From an uncultured Thermoleophilia bacterium (GTDB lineage Bacteria; Actinomycetota; Thermoleophilia; UBA2241), in the NCBI GenBank assembly GCA_963715985.1, contig CAVQSP010000004.1:1-64000 (forward strand): a stretch of DNA of 64,000 bases, in the 5' to 3' direction. The translations under genes and the position numbers were made by a program. Positions 1-14,667 of this stretch are shown one piece after another. The notes under the pieces were generated by a model. The model did no database searches. It saw only the letters and a program-made list of their open reading frames with translations, and had not been told where the DNA came from. Position 1 is the stretch's first letter; every line of letters starts with the position of its first letter.

Positions 1-553
1 CCCCGCTGGGGAGCGCGGGCACAGGACGACTGGTACCCCTCGGCTTCGCACGCAGCTCGCCGGTTCGAGCACCTTCGCCCCCGTCGTCGTCGGCGACATG
101 CCCGACCCGGACGAGCCGACGATCGAGGGGTGGCGCACGCGCGTCGCCGAGCTCGCGGGCAGCGATGCCGCGGCCCTCGCCGACACGAATTTCCTCCGTT
201 GGGCACAGCATAGGTTGCCAGGCGGTGCTCCACTACCTCGCCGGGCTCCCTCCTCCGCCAGGGTCCGGGGCACGCCTCGTGGCCGAAGATGGTGGTCGGT
301 CGACGAGGCGTGGGAGAGCATCCGGCCCTGGATCGAGAACCCGCCGGACCTGGCTCGCGTGCGAGCCAGTTGCGGGCAGCTGCGCTTGCTGCTCTCCGAC
401 GACGATCCGTTCACTGCCGAAGCCGGTCGGAACGGGCGCCTCTGGCGTGAGCGGCTTGGGGCGGCGGTCGAGGTCGTGCCCGGCGCGGCGCACTTCAACC
501 GCCCGCAGGAACCGAGCGTGCTGGCGGAGCTTCGGCGCTGGTACGCGGCGTGA
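1..553 (+). CDS. RBBP9/YdeN-family alpha/beta hydrolase (5' partial, frameshifted)
   Basis: MPDPDEP motif, a GHSIG nucleophile elbow in an adjacent frame, and SDDDPF...GAAHFN near the C-terminus; pieces lie in different frames. Confidence 0.75.
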   Translation, partial: PAGERGHRTTGTPRLRTQLAGSSTFAPVVVGDMPDPDEPTIEGWRTRVAELAGSDAAALADTNFLRWAQHRLPGGAPLPRRAPSSARVRGTPRGRRWWSVDEAWESIRPWIENPPDLARVRASCGQLRLLLSDDDPFTAEAGRNGRLWRERLGAAVEVVPGAAHFNRPQEPSVLAELRRWYAA

Positions 554-1189
554 CCGGCCGCTTCCCCGGCGAGGTCGCGAGCGCCTCTCGACACATGTCG
601 AACGCGGAGCGCGGGTGACTTGACATCATGGACAGCACGTGGACCAAGCCACGCTGCCGCCGGGACCTACTGTCCGGCGAGGAAGGTTGCCAGTGAAGCC
701 AGCCCGCCTCCGGGGAGGCCGGCGGCAATCTTCTGCGCCCCTCCGACGCGGACCACAGCGCCCACCTCACCCGCTTCCACGCCGGCCACGCCAGCGGCGT
801 CGCGCTGCCGACCTGGGAGAGTCGAACGGATGACTTCCGTGCCCTGAGGGTGCTTCGCTCCCAAGAGGGCTTCGCCGAGGTGTCGGCCGATCCGGGGGCG
901 AAACCTCCCAGACGCCCATCCACGACGGCGGCGGGCGACACTGCAAGGTCATCGACGACAGCATCCACACCAATGCCGACTACTACTACACCGTGTTCGT
1001 CGCCGATGACCGTGACGGCTGGCGCCGTGAGATCCGTGCTGAGGTCACCACCGACAGTTCCGTGCACTGGCGGCGGGCCGGCGCCGAGACCGGGAGCGAG
1101 AGCCTGGATCGCTTCCGGCACCTGTGGACCGACCTCGACGCCCTGCGCTGAGAGCCTGCGTCGGGGTGCGGGAACGACTGTCGTCAGCC

Positions 1190-1642
1190 TTGACGAACGG
1201 AGCGGCCACGAGGACCCGGGTGGCGCGCACTGCGGCCTCTGTCGCCGCGACAGGATTCCTCGCCATCGCCGCGTTCCAGGCGGCACTGGCCCTCGGCGCG
1301 CCTCTGGGTCGCGCCGCGTGGGGAGGCGCCCACGCGGGCGTCCTCCCGCGCGGCCTGCGCCTCGCGAGCGCCTGCGCCGCCGCGGCTTGGCTCGTCGCGG
1401 CGCTCCTCGTCCTCGGCCGTGCCCGCTACTGGACGCTCCTCCCCTTCGCCGTGTTCCGCCGGGGGGTCATGGTACTGAGCCCACTGCTGGCGGGCGGCGC
1501 GGTCATGAACGTGGCCTCGTCGAGTCCTTGGGAGCGCTTCTTCTGGGCTCCGGCTGCGGCGGTGCTCTCAGCGGCGAGCCTGATCACCGCATGGGCACCG
1601 ATCCGAGCGGGCGGAGCGGGCGCCGAGCGGCCCACCGAGTGA
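1190..1642 (+). CDS. Hypothetical membrane protein
   Basis: About four hydrophobic segments with FQAALALGAPLGRAAWGG and NVASSSPWERFFWAP; TTG start at 1190 is assumed. Confidence 0.65.
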   Translation: MTNGAATRTRVARTAASVAATGFLAIAAFQAALALGAPLGRAAWGGAHAGVLPRGLRLASACAAAAWLVAALLVLGRARYWTLLPFAVFRRGVMVLSPLLAGGAVMNVASSSPWERFFWAPAAAVLSAASLITAWAPIRAGGAGAERPTE

Positions 1643-1734
1643 CGACGCGGCGGGCGGCACTTGCCGCCGCCCGCCGCGTCTTTGCCACCGCCACCCGGCT
1701 CGCACCGGCGGGCGATCCTCTGGGAGAGACTCGC

Positions 1735-3150
1735 TCAGCGCATCGCCGAGAAGATGACGTCGGCGATAGCGGTGTTGTCGAGGTACCTGCCGCGCCGAGG
1801 TCGTACATCGTGGCGGCGTCGCGCAACTCGTTCGCGCGGGCGCCCTTGGCGAAGAACGGGATCAGCGAGTTGGTGTGCTCAACGCTGTTGAACTTCATGC
1901 CGGGGACGGCGCCCCGACCGTTGTTGACGAGCGGCGCCCATGCCGCCCCGGTCACCGGGTCGGAGCCGTGCCCGGACCCCAGAGGTAGCCGGTCTCGTGG
2001 TCGCCGGTGACGATGACCAGGGTGTCGCCCCAGTTGCTGTTCTGCGCACCCAGTCGACCACGGCCTCGACGGCGTCGTTGAAGTCGAGCTGCTCCTCGAT
2101 GGTGCGGCCGGGCTGATTGGCGTGGCCGGCCCAGTCGACCGCGCCGCCCTCGACCATCAGGAAGAAGCCGTCATCGTCGTCGTCGAGGACGTTGAGTGCG
2201 CCCTCCGTCATCGTGGCGAGGTCAGGGACGTTGCCGTTCAGCGGCACGACATAGGGGCGGCATACTTGTCGCCGCCCCGGGCCTGCTGAAGCGTGGTGGG
2301 ACCTGAGCGGTGCCGCAAACGCGGGCCGGCGTCTGCGCTGCCCGCGAGCCCTCGAACTCGTCCTTCGACTGGATCAGTGTCCAGCGGTCGGCGTCGCCGT
2401 CGCCGTCGGCGTCGCCGCCGGCGGTGCCGTGCACGAGCGCCTCCCACGTGGCCGAGCCGCCGACATACCTGTAGGCGCTCGATGACGGCGACGCACCGGG
2501 TCCCGCTGTCGGTGTAGAGCGGGTGCCGGCGCCCATGATGACGTCGGTGGCCGTCGCGTGATCATCTCGTTGGCGATGCCGGCGTAGTCGTTGCGACTGA
2601 CGTTGTGGGCGACGAAGCCGGCCGGGGTCGCGTGGCTCCACTCGACCGACGTGACGACACCGGTGGACTTGCCGAGGGCCTCCGCGCGCTGCGCCACGTG
2701 GTACAGCGGCTCCTCGTTCACGTCCACACCTATCCCGGCGTCGTAGGTCTTGACGCCGGTTGACATGGCCGTAGCGGCGGCCGCCGAGTCGGTCCACATG
2801 CCCTTGACGTAACTGAAGAGGCCCCAGGCCTGCGCCGGGTCGTACGCGCCGTAGTAGGAGTACGTACTCATCGCCGAGGCCACGGGGAACTTCTGGTACG
2901 TCTGCATCCCCGTGCGCCCGTACTGGTAGTAGTCCCCGGCCAGCATCTGGTTGTAGCCCATGCCGTCGCTGATCATGACGATGACGTTCTTGGCCCCGGG
3001 TTTGGGGCTCGATGCGACGGCGTCGTCGGCCGCGAGTGCCGCGCCGGTGGCGGCCAGCGCCAGACCGGCGAGGACGGCGGCCAGGCGGCGGCGGCCGCGC
3101 GCGACTCGCCTGCCGCGAGTGCCCTTCGAGGTGGCGGTGCTCGATTGCAT
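1735..3150 (-). CDS. Alkaline phosphatase (PhoA/PhoB family), secreted, frameshifted
   Basis: Signal peptide, KNVIVMISDGMG, TDSAAAATAMSTGVKT, SHATPAGF, GFFLMVEGGAVDWAGHAN, HTNSLIP and YLDNTAI motifs spread over several frames. Confidence 0.88.
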
Positions 3151-3333
3151 CGGCTTCTCCCCTTCGTTCGCTCGTCACCGGCCGGTCGACCGGCGCCCAC
3201 AGTGTGGAGGGGCAGCGTTAGACGGGCGCTGGCCGTCCGTCATCGTTTGTGGAGGGGAGGCGTTAGGCAGGCGCTGACCGCCGATGAGAGTGCCACGAAG
3301 CTGAGGCGCCGACCCGCTCGGGCGCGGTCGCCG

Positions 3334-4777
3334 TCAGTCCAGCACGTGCGCCTTGATGAGGTTCGTCTTGCCGGTCTGGTTGGTCTGCAGGCCGGCGGTG
3401 ATGACGACGACCTCGCCGCGCCCGCGCGAAGCCGCCGGCGAGCACGAGGTCGTTGGCTTCGCGGACGATCTCCTCGAAGCTGCTCGAGGCGTGCCCAGCA
3501 GCGGGGACACGCCCCAGGAGAGGGCGAGTTGATCGACGACCCGCTGGTTCGGGCTCACGGCGACGATGGGCTGAGCGGGGAGGTTGCGCGCCACGGCGCG
3601 GGCGGTCGCGCCGGAGAACGTGGCGCTGACGATGGCGACGGCGCCCACGCGGTGGGCGACCTCGCAGGCGCCGTGGCTGATGGCGTTGGAGACGCCGGTA
3701 CGCCCGCCGCCCAGGGCTGCGGGGCGCGGCCCTCGCGCTCGATATCGGCTTCGACGGCCAGCGCGATGTCCGCCATCGTGCGCGACCGCGTCCACCGGGA
3801 AGCCGCCGATGGCGGTCTCGCCCGAGAGCATGACGGCACTGGTCGCATCGTAGATGGCGTTGGCGACGTCGCTCGCCTCGGCGCGCGTCGCCCGCGGCGA
3901 CGCGATCATCGACTGCAGCATCTGTGTCGCCGTGATGACCGGCTTGCCGGCGACGTTGGCGGCGTGGATGATGCGCTTCTGCCAGATCGGCACCAGCTGC
4001 CGGGTCGATCTCCACGCCCAGGTCGCCGCGCGCCACCATCACCGCGTCGGCGACGGCGATGATCTCCTCGTAGCTGCCAAGCGCCTCCTTCTTCTCGATC
4101 TTGGCCACCACGAGCTGGTCGCCGCCGGCCGCGGCGATGAGCTCCTTGAGCTCGCGCACGTCGTCGGCGAACGGACGAAAGAGAGCGCGACGTAGTCGAC
4201 GTCCTGCCGCAGGCCCCAGGCGAGCAGCTCGCGATCATCGGCCGTGAGGGCGCCCGTCGGCAGCCGCGTGTCCGGCAGGTTCACGCCCTTGCGCGACTCG
4301 ATGACGCCGTCGTCCAGCACCTCGAGCGCGACCGTGGGCGGTGTGACGGCGCGCACCCTCAGGGCGACCGCGCCGTCGTCGACCAGCACAAGGTCGCCGG
4401 CCGCGAAGGAGGGAGCAGCTCGGGGAAGTTGACCGGCAGCTGGGCATGAAGCGCGGAGCCGAGCTCGACGGTCTCACCCCGCCTCACGCGAGCGGACGCG
4501 GCAGGTCCCCGAGCCGGAGCTTCGGGCCGGGGAGGTCGATGAGGATCGCCAGCGGCGAGCCGCGCCGCCGCGCAGCGCCGCGCGCCGCGGCGATGGTCCC
4601 GTCGTGCTCGGCGGTGGTCCCGTGCGACAGGTTGATGCGGGCCACGTCCATCCCCGCCTCGAGCAGCCGCTCGAGGACCCGCTCGTCCCGCGACACCGGC
4701 CCCAGCGTGGCGACGATCTTGGTGCGCCGTCGCTGCACCCCAGCCTCGGTCTGACCCTCGTGTGCTGCCGGTCCCAT
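3334..4777 (-). CDS. pyk: Pyruvate kinase (frameshifted)
   Basis: [74 protein letters not shown]; GGAGG RBS before ATG 4777. Confidence 0.93.
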
Positions 4778-4955
4778 CGGCACCTCCTCCGTTTCACCCA
4801 CAGCGGATACTCGCACGGCGGGCCGGCCGCCGGTCAGCCGCCGCACGGGGAAACCCCATCGAGGCTCGTGACGACGCGGGCAGCCGCCGGGCGCTCGGGT
4901 AGACCACGGTCTCACCAGGCGCCGCCGTACCGCCCACCGCACTCGACGATGACCG

Positions 4956-5141
4956 ATGGATGACGTCGTCGTCGCGTTCGCGCGGTTCGCCGGCATGGCG
5001 ACCGGCATGGGCAGCGCGATCGCGTTCGCCGCCAGACGGACGAAGTACCGCTTCCTCTCGGCGGCCACCGGCTTCTCTGCGGGGGTGATGGCCTACGTCT
5101 CGTTCGTCGAGATCTGCCCCAAAGAGCTGGACGTGAAGTGA
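4956..5141 (+). pseudogene. zupT: N-terminal fragment of a ZIP-family metal transporter (ZupT-like)
   Basis: [14 protein letters not shown]...[21 protein letters not shown] resembles the ZupT N-terminus; only 61 aa, and the next gene follows immediately. Confidence 0.7.
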
Positions 5142-5176
5142 GGGCGCGCGCAGGTCTCGCCGCCTCCCCCGCTGCC

Positions 5177-5365
5177 CTACAGCCTCAGGAAGTCCAGCAG
5201 CCCCCAGACGAGGAAGGCCGGCCAGAAGAAGGACTGGATGACACCCCAGACCCCATCCCAGAACGAGTTCGCGCTCTGGATGAAGTAGACGATCGCACCT
5301 ATCCAGCCGATCCCGTAGACCGCGCCGGCACCCGCCGCACCCGCGTTGCTGTTGCCGCCCGCCAT
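5177..5365 (-). CDS. Small hypothetical membrane protein
   Basis: AAGGAG RBS; GAVYGIGWIGAIVYFIQ...FWDGVWGVIQSFFWPAFLVW is hydrophobic and aromatic. Confidence 0.7.
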   Translation of the reverse strand: MAGGNSNAGAAGAGAVYGIGWIGAIVYFIQSANSFWDGVWGVIQSFFWPAFLVWGLLDFLRL

Positions 5366-5426
5366 GCTCACTCCTTCGCTTGCTTGCCCGGCTCCCCAGT
5401 AGACCACGGCGTGCCCGCGGCGCCCG

Positions 5427-6436
5427 TCAGACCTGGCCGCCGCTCCACGAGCGCAGCGTCTTCAGGTAGTTGGCGCGCTCGAAGGCGGCCGGGTCGTCGC
5501 TGGCCGCGTAGCTCACGCTGCCCCGCAGCTCCGCGACCGATTCATACTCGTTCGCGTCCATCCACTCCACGAGCTCCTTCTCCACCGCGGCGAAGTGCTC
5601 GCGCCCCTTGCGTAGGACGGCCGAGGTCATCATCGCCACGTCGGCGCCCACCAGGAGCGCTTTGGCCGCGTCGATGCCGGAGTGGACGCCGCTCGAGGCG
5701 GCCAGCGAAGCGCCGCCGCCGAGCTGCGATCGGAGGATGGCGATCCAGCGCAGCGGCAGGCGAAGCTCCCACGGACGGCTGAGCTCGAGCCTCGGCACGA
5801 CCTCCCGCGTGTTCGCGTTCAGGTCCGGCTGGTAGAAGCGGTTGAACAGCACCAGCCCGTTCGCCCCGGCCTCCACCACGCCGACGGCGAAGTTGGCCAC
5901 GGCCGAGTAGAAGGGCGAGATCTTGACGGCCAGAGGGATGGCGGTGGACTCCCTCACCCGGCGCACCACCTCGAGGTCGCCCGCCTCCACGTCGGCGGCG
6001 ACGCGTGCGGGATCGGCGGCGATGCGGTAGAGGTTGAGCTCCAGCGCGTCGGCCCCCGCCTGCTCGATGAGCTTCGCGAACCGCACCCAGCCGCCGCTCG
6101 AGGCGCCGTTCAGGCTGGCGACGACGGGGATCTCGAGCTTCTCCTTCATCGCCGCGAGAGTCGCGAGGTAGCGGTCGGCGGTGCTCTCGAAACGCTCGAC
6201 CTGCGGGAAGTAGTCGAGCGACTCGGCGAAGCCCTCGGACCCCTGCTCGAACGCGCGTGTCAGCTCCACCTCCTCGGCGACGACCTCCTCCTCGAACAAC
6301 GAGGGCAGCACGATCACGGCGGCGCCGCTCTCCTCGAGTCGCGCCGCGCTGTCGACGTCTCTGGTGAAGGGACTCGAGGACGCCACCAGCGGGCTGCGCA
6401 GCTCGAGCCCCAGATAGGTCGTGGCCAGGCGGCTCA

Positions 6437-6437
<1 letters not shown>
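5427..6437 (-). CDS. Dihydroorotate dehydrogenase-like flavoprotein (PFOR-associated)
   Basis: LATTYLGLELRSPLVASSSP, LPSLFEE, GADALELN, PLAVKISP, GLVLFNRFYQPD, FERANYLK; start overlaps the PFOR stop. Confidence 0.88.
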
Positions 6438-10049
<3,612 letters not shown>

Positions 10050-10099
10050 CGCATGCCTCCTCGGCCGTCGGTCCAGGTTCGCGGGCCCACCGCGTTCGC

Positions 10100-10508
10100 C
10101 GTGTGCGATTAGGCTGTTGTTCCCAGTCTGCCGCGATGCGATGCCGCTGCCGGACGCGGGGCAAGGAGCCCGCCGCCTTCTCCTGCCTGCCGGCCGCGGA
10201 CACCTGGGGTTCGACGTTCTCGACGACGTGAGGGCCGACGAGACCGGGGAACGTCGGGGTCTGGAGGTGGTCAGCGTCATGGGTCCGCGGGTGGCGAAGT
10301 CCCCGTACCGCCACAGCGAGGGCCACCGCCGCGAGGACGGGGCCGCCGGTCAGCAGCCCGAAGGCCCACACGGACGCGATGTCGCCGGCGCGCCAGGTGG
10401 AGCCGCTGAATCCGAGATACCGGTCTTCTTCGCGAACAGGATGAACAGGCCGAGGAACGCCGCGAAAGCGCCGACGATGCCCAAGACCCACGCGGTGACT
10501 CGGATCAT
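10100..10508 (-). CDS. Hypothetical membrane protein (frameshifted, end uncertain)
   Basis: GAGGAGG RBS and ATG 10508; MIRVTAWVLGIVGAFAAFLGLFILF and a second hydrophobic segment VWAFGLLTGGPVLAAVALAVAV. Confidence 0.45.
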
Positions 10509-10820
10509 GAGCACCTCCTCCTCGAGAGTCAGACCGGAAGGCCCGGTGGAAACCCCCTCACCTCGTCTCCTTGACCGACTGTGGGGGCGGACCGCCCGCG
10601 CCGTTCATAGCGCCACGCCGCGTGCCCGCAGCGACAAGCGAAGGGGCAGGCCGGGAAGCCGCCGTGGCCAAGCTCCTCCATGGGTGTGAGCAGATCGCTG
10701 CGGCGCCGCAGGGCCCTTCCGCACCGGCGTCAGGCGGCGTGCGGGGTCGCCTGAACGGGCATGTTGGCTAGTGGAGGAGCCGCTCACCCAGCGGCGTGGT
10801 CGGGTAGCCGAGGAGGCATC

Positions 10821-10993
10821 GTGCAGTCTGTCATGAGATGAAGCCGGACGAGCCTACGAGTGCCAGGAGTGCGGCCTGGAGATCAGGGTCGTCCGCTCCT
10901 GGCGACGAAGAGGAGTACGACGGCGGATCCGGCATGTGCTCCTGCACGGAGCCCCTGAGCTGCTGCGGACGGCCACTCGTGCTGAAGCGTTAG
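10821..10993 (+). CDS. Small Cys-rich metal-binding protein (desulforedoxin-like), frameshifted
   Basis: GAGGAGG RBS; YECQECGLEIRVVRS then, after a frame change, MCSCTEPLSCCGRPLVLKR*; absent from the ORF track. Confidence 0.6.
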
Positions 10994-11134
10994 AGACGTC
11001 GGGGCCGGAGGGCATCCTGGGCAGGCGCTCTCCGAACGGCGGTCCTGCGAGCTCCTTGAGGGCGAGCGCCCCGCAGCGAGCCGTTTCGGCCGTCCGCCTG
11101 CCCCCGTGGACGTCGCGAGGCCCCAGGCGCCCCG

Positions 11135-12050
11135 TCAGTCCAGCCGAGTGATGAAGTGTTCGTAGTCGGCGTCCTCGCCCCTCAGGACGGCCAGGTACCT
11201 CTCTCGACCCTGGCCGTAACGGGGCCGATGCTCCTGCCGTTGACGACGCGTGCGTCGACCTCGATGACCGGCGCGACGTACGTCGACGTCCCGCAGGCGA
11301 AGACCTCGTCGGCGAGTAGAGCTCGGTGAATCGACCTCTCGCTCGTGCGCTCGTATGCCGAGCTGCTCGGCGACCAGCAGCACGGTGCTGCGGTTAATGC
11401 CCTCGAGGAGGTCGCTCGCCGTGCTCGGCGTGATCAGGGCCCCGTTCCTCCGATGAAGATGTTGGCGGCGCTCAGCTCACAGACGTGGCCGGAGGCATCG
11501 AGGAAGATGCAGTCGTCGTAGCCGCTGTCGATGGCGTCCTGCTTGGCCAGCACCGAGTTGACGTAGGCGCCGTTGACCTTGGAACGAGACGGGATGGCGT
11601 AGTCGGGGATCCGTCGCCACACGCTGGTCTTCAGGCGCGCGCCGTCGAGCGGCAGGATACTCCGCCCTGTAGACGAACATGCTGAGAACCGTCGCCATGC
11701 CGCGTGAGCGCGTCCCGGGCAGCTGTTCGTCGACGTGCACGCTCGCCCTGACGAAGACATCCTCCGTCACGTCGTTCGCCAGCACGGTGTCCGTGACGGC
11801 CTCGATAAGCGTGCTTCGCTCCAGACCGGTTCGAAGGTGTCGATGCCGATGATACGGGCGGAGTTCACCAGCCTGCGGTAGTGATCGGAGAGGCGAAAGG
11901 CCGACGCCCTCCCATCCTGTGCGATCGTGACCGGCAGGACCTGTACACGCTCAGTCCGTAGAGCACGGCCGAGCTGGTGATGCTCAGCGTCGCGTCCGAG
12001 GTGGGGACGATGCGCGTGCCGAAGTAGGCGCTGGGATAGACGTATGCCAT
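11135..12050 (-). CDS. ilvE: Class IV (branched-chain amino acid) aminotransferase, frameshifted
   Basis: SSAVLYGLSV, AFRLSDHYRRL, SRSKVNGAYVNSVLAK, GYDDCIFLD..GHVCELSAANIF, LLEGINR. Confidence 0.88.
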
Positions 12051-12149
12051 GTGCGTCCTCTGCGGGAGCCGGAGACAAGCGCCCGGCGTACGTACCAGAT
12101 GTTCGGCGGCGCGGCCACCGCGCCTGCGCAGAAGACTGCGCCGGGGCTC

Positions 12150-14422
12150 GTAGCCGACCTCGGTCGCTCTCCGCATCATCGCGCCGGCCACAGGGGCCTG
12201 AGAGCGCCCCCGATCGAGCGTCGTCACCGCCTTCGCGCCGGGCTTGAGCACCTCCGTCCTGCCGCCGAGACCCACGGCGACGGCCCCGGTTCCGAGCGCC
12301 GATGGCCGATCGTGAGCCGGTCACCGTCCACCTCGACGTCGATCCAGTGCCCGCGGAACTGCAGCGCGAAGCGCAGCCTCTCGACCTCGGGCGGCAGGTC
12401 CGGGGCGAACCAGAGCACGTCGTCGCGGATCTCGAGACCGACGTAGGCGCGCTCGACCAGGTCCACCGTCCCCGCCATCGTCCCGAGATGGATGCCCTCA
12501 CGCGTGGTGCCGCCCTGCATGTCGAGCAGATCGGCGTGCAGGGCGTCGACGAAGAGCTCCACGACTGGTCGCGCTTGACGTGTCGCAGGCTCCAGGCGTG
12601 CACGATGCCGCTGAGCGTCGAGCCGTGCGAGGTACGCTCGGCGTAGTAGAGGATGGTGCGCGCCACGGTCTCTTCGTCGAGAGGGTAACCGAGGCCCGAG
12701 AAGAGCTCCTTCAGCTCGTCCATCGAGAAGAGGTAGAAGAGCATGAGCACGTCGGCCTGCTTCCCCGCCCTGTAGCGGTCGGTGGTGTCGCCCTCCTTCT
12801 CGAGGATCCGGTCGAGGCGCTGGATGTCGCCGTAGCGCGCCGTGTAGCCGTCCCAGTCGAACTCCTCGAGCCGGTCGTAGTGCTCGAACTGGCTGATCAC
12901 GCCGTCGTGGAAGACGACCCGCATCCTGTGCCTGATCAGCTCCCAGAGATCCACCTCGGCCTGTGTCAGGCGGAGGGTCGCGACCAGTTCGTCACGCCGC
13001 GGCGCGGCAGCAGCCGCAGGACGTCGAGGGCCCCGACAGTACCCAGACCGCCGTCACGTTGGTATACGCGTTGTTGTCGAGCCCGGGCTGCTCGGCCCAC
13101 GGGTAGCCGGTCTGGTACTCGTCGGGGCCCATCACCCCGTGGATCTCGTAGCGGTCGAGGGCCTCGTTGTAGGTGGTAAGGCTCGCGAACAGACGAGCGA
13201 TCTCGAGGAGCATCTCGGCACCGTGTGCGCACAGGAACTCGCGGTCCCGCGTGGACTCCCAGTACTGCCAGACGTTGTAGGCGATCGCCGCGTTGACGTG
13301 GCGTTGCAGATGGCTCACGTCCGGCAGCCAGCGGCCGGACTGCGGGTTGAGGTGGACCACCTGCGTCTCTTCACGTCCGTCGCTGCCGCTCTGCCAGGGG
13401 AAGAGCGCACCGTCGAAGCCCTCCTCGTGCGCCAGCCGGCGGGCCTCGGGCAGGCGCCGGTAGCCATACATCAGCAGGTCCCTGGTCAGCTCAGGGAAGG
13501 CGCGGATCAGGAACGGGAAGATGAGGCCTCGTCCCAGAAGACGTGGCCGCGGTACGCCTCGCCGTGCAGACCCCGCGCCCCCACCCCCGCGTCGAGGTCG
13601 ACGCTGTTTGGCGAGACAGTTTGGAGGATGTGGAAGACGTGCAGGTGCAGCGTCCGGTTCAGCTCGCCGTGGTCGTTGAGGCTGACGGCGCAGCGCCGCC
13701 AGAGGCGGTCCCACGCCATCGCCTGCGCGTGCAGCAACTCCGCGAACCGGCAGTGCCGGCGAGCTTGCGACGGGCCGCGTAGCCCGGCTCCGAGATCGCG
13801 CGCTCGCGGGACGAGAAGAGCGCGACGGTCTTCTCGACGGTGAGGGGCACGTCCTGTTCGAGGTCGTCCGGGATGCGCAGCGCGACATAGCCGGGCTGCT
13901 CCTCGAGCTCCGCGTGCAGCTCCGCGGAGCTCCCCGGCTGTGCAGGCGCACGCGCGCCGCCTCCGCGATGCGCACGCGACTCTGGCTGGTCTCGGCCACC
14001 GGCAGATGCTGTCATCGGCATGACGCGCCGTGCTCACCGGGACGAGTGTCTGCCGTCGAGGTCCCTGTAGCGTGGCACACCAGCGTTGGTGGCCCTGCCG
14101 TCGAGGGCCAGAGGATCGTGATGCGCCCGGACCAGTTGCCGCCAGGATCGAGGTCTCGAGCGCGGCCACGTCTTGTCGCCCATGTGGACGAGGCGCCGCT
14201 GGGTGAGCTCGGTCTACCTGCCCGGCGTCGTCGCAGAACGCGACGAAACGCGTGAGTACGCCGCTGCGCATGTCGAGGTCCAGACGGTAGCGCCGAACCT
14301 GGACCGTCGAGAGGTGGACCCACTCGCCATCCTCGATGCGGAACGTCAACGGCAGCCAGTTGGGCGCGTTGACGAGGTCCTCGTTCTCAACCGGCCGGCC
14401 CGCCACCTCAGTGATCAGCCTC
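12150..14422 (-). CDS. Glycoside hydrolase family 65 (trehalose/maltose phosphorylase-like); N-terminus missing, frameshifted, 3' end approximate
   Basis: VENEDLVNAPNWLPL, GVGARGLHGEAYRGHVFWDE, GALFPWQSGSDGREET, GVMGPDEY, KQADVLMLFYL, RTSHGSTLS, GGTTREGIHLGTMAG. Confidence 0.9.
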
Positions 14423-14667
14423 ATCCAGGCCTTCCGCGACATGGCCAGGAGGTACCGCGCGCAGACCACCTGACGGCGCCTCGGGCGCTCGCCGCCGCAC
14501 CGCCGCCGGCCGGCGCCGTTGGCCCGGCCGTCCTCCCGGTCCCGACCAGTTGTGCCGCGCGTCACATTGGCGCTCACTCGTGCCGGATGCTACGTTTACT
14601 GTTCAGCTCGTACCCACGCCTCGATCCCGGCCGACGGAGCCCCGCCGGTCGACAAGGGAGGTCCCGG

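Noticed and set aside
620-1150. Possible frameshifted small gene containing DYYYTVFVADD
   Set aside because: The reading frame could not be reconstructed with confidence.
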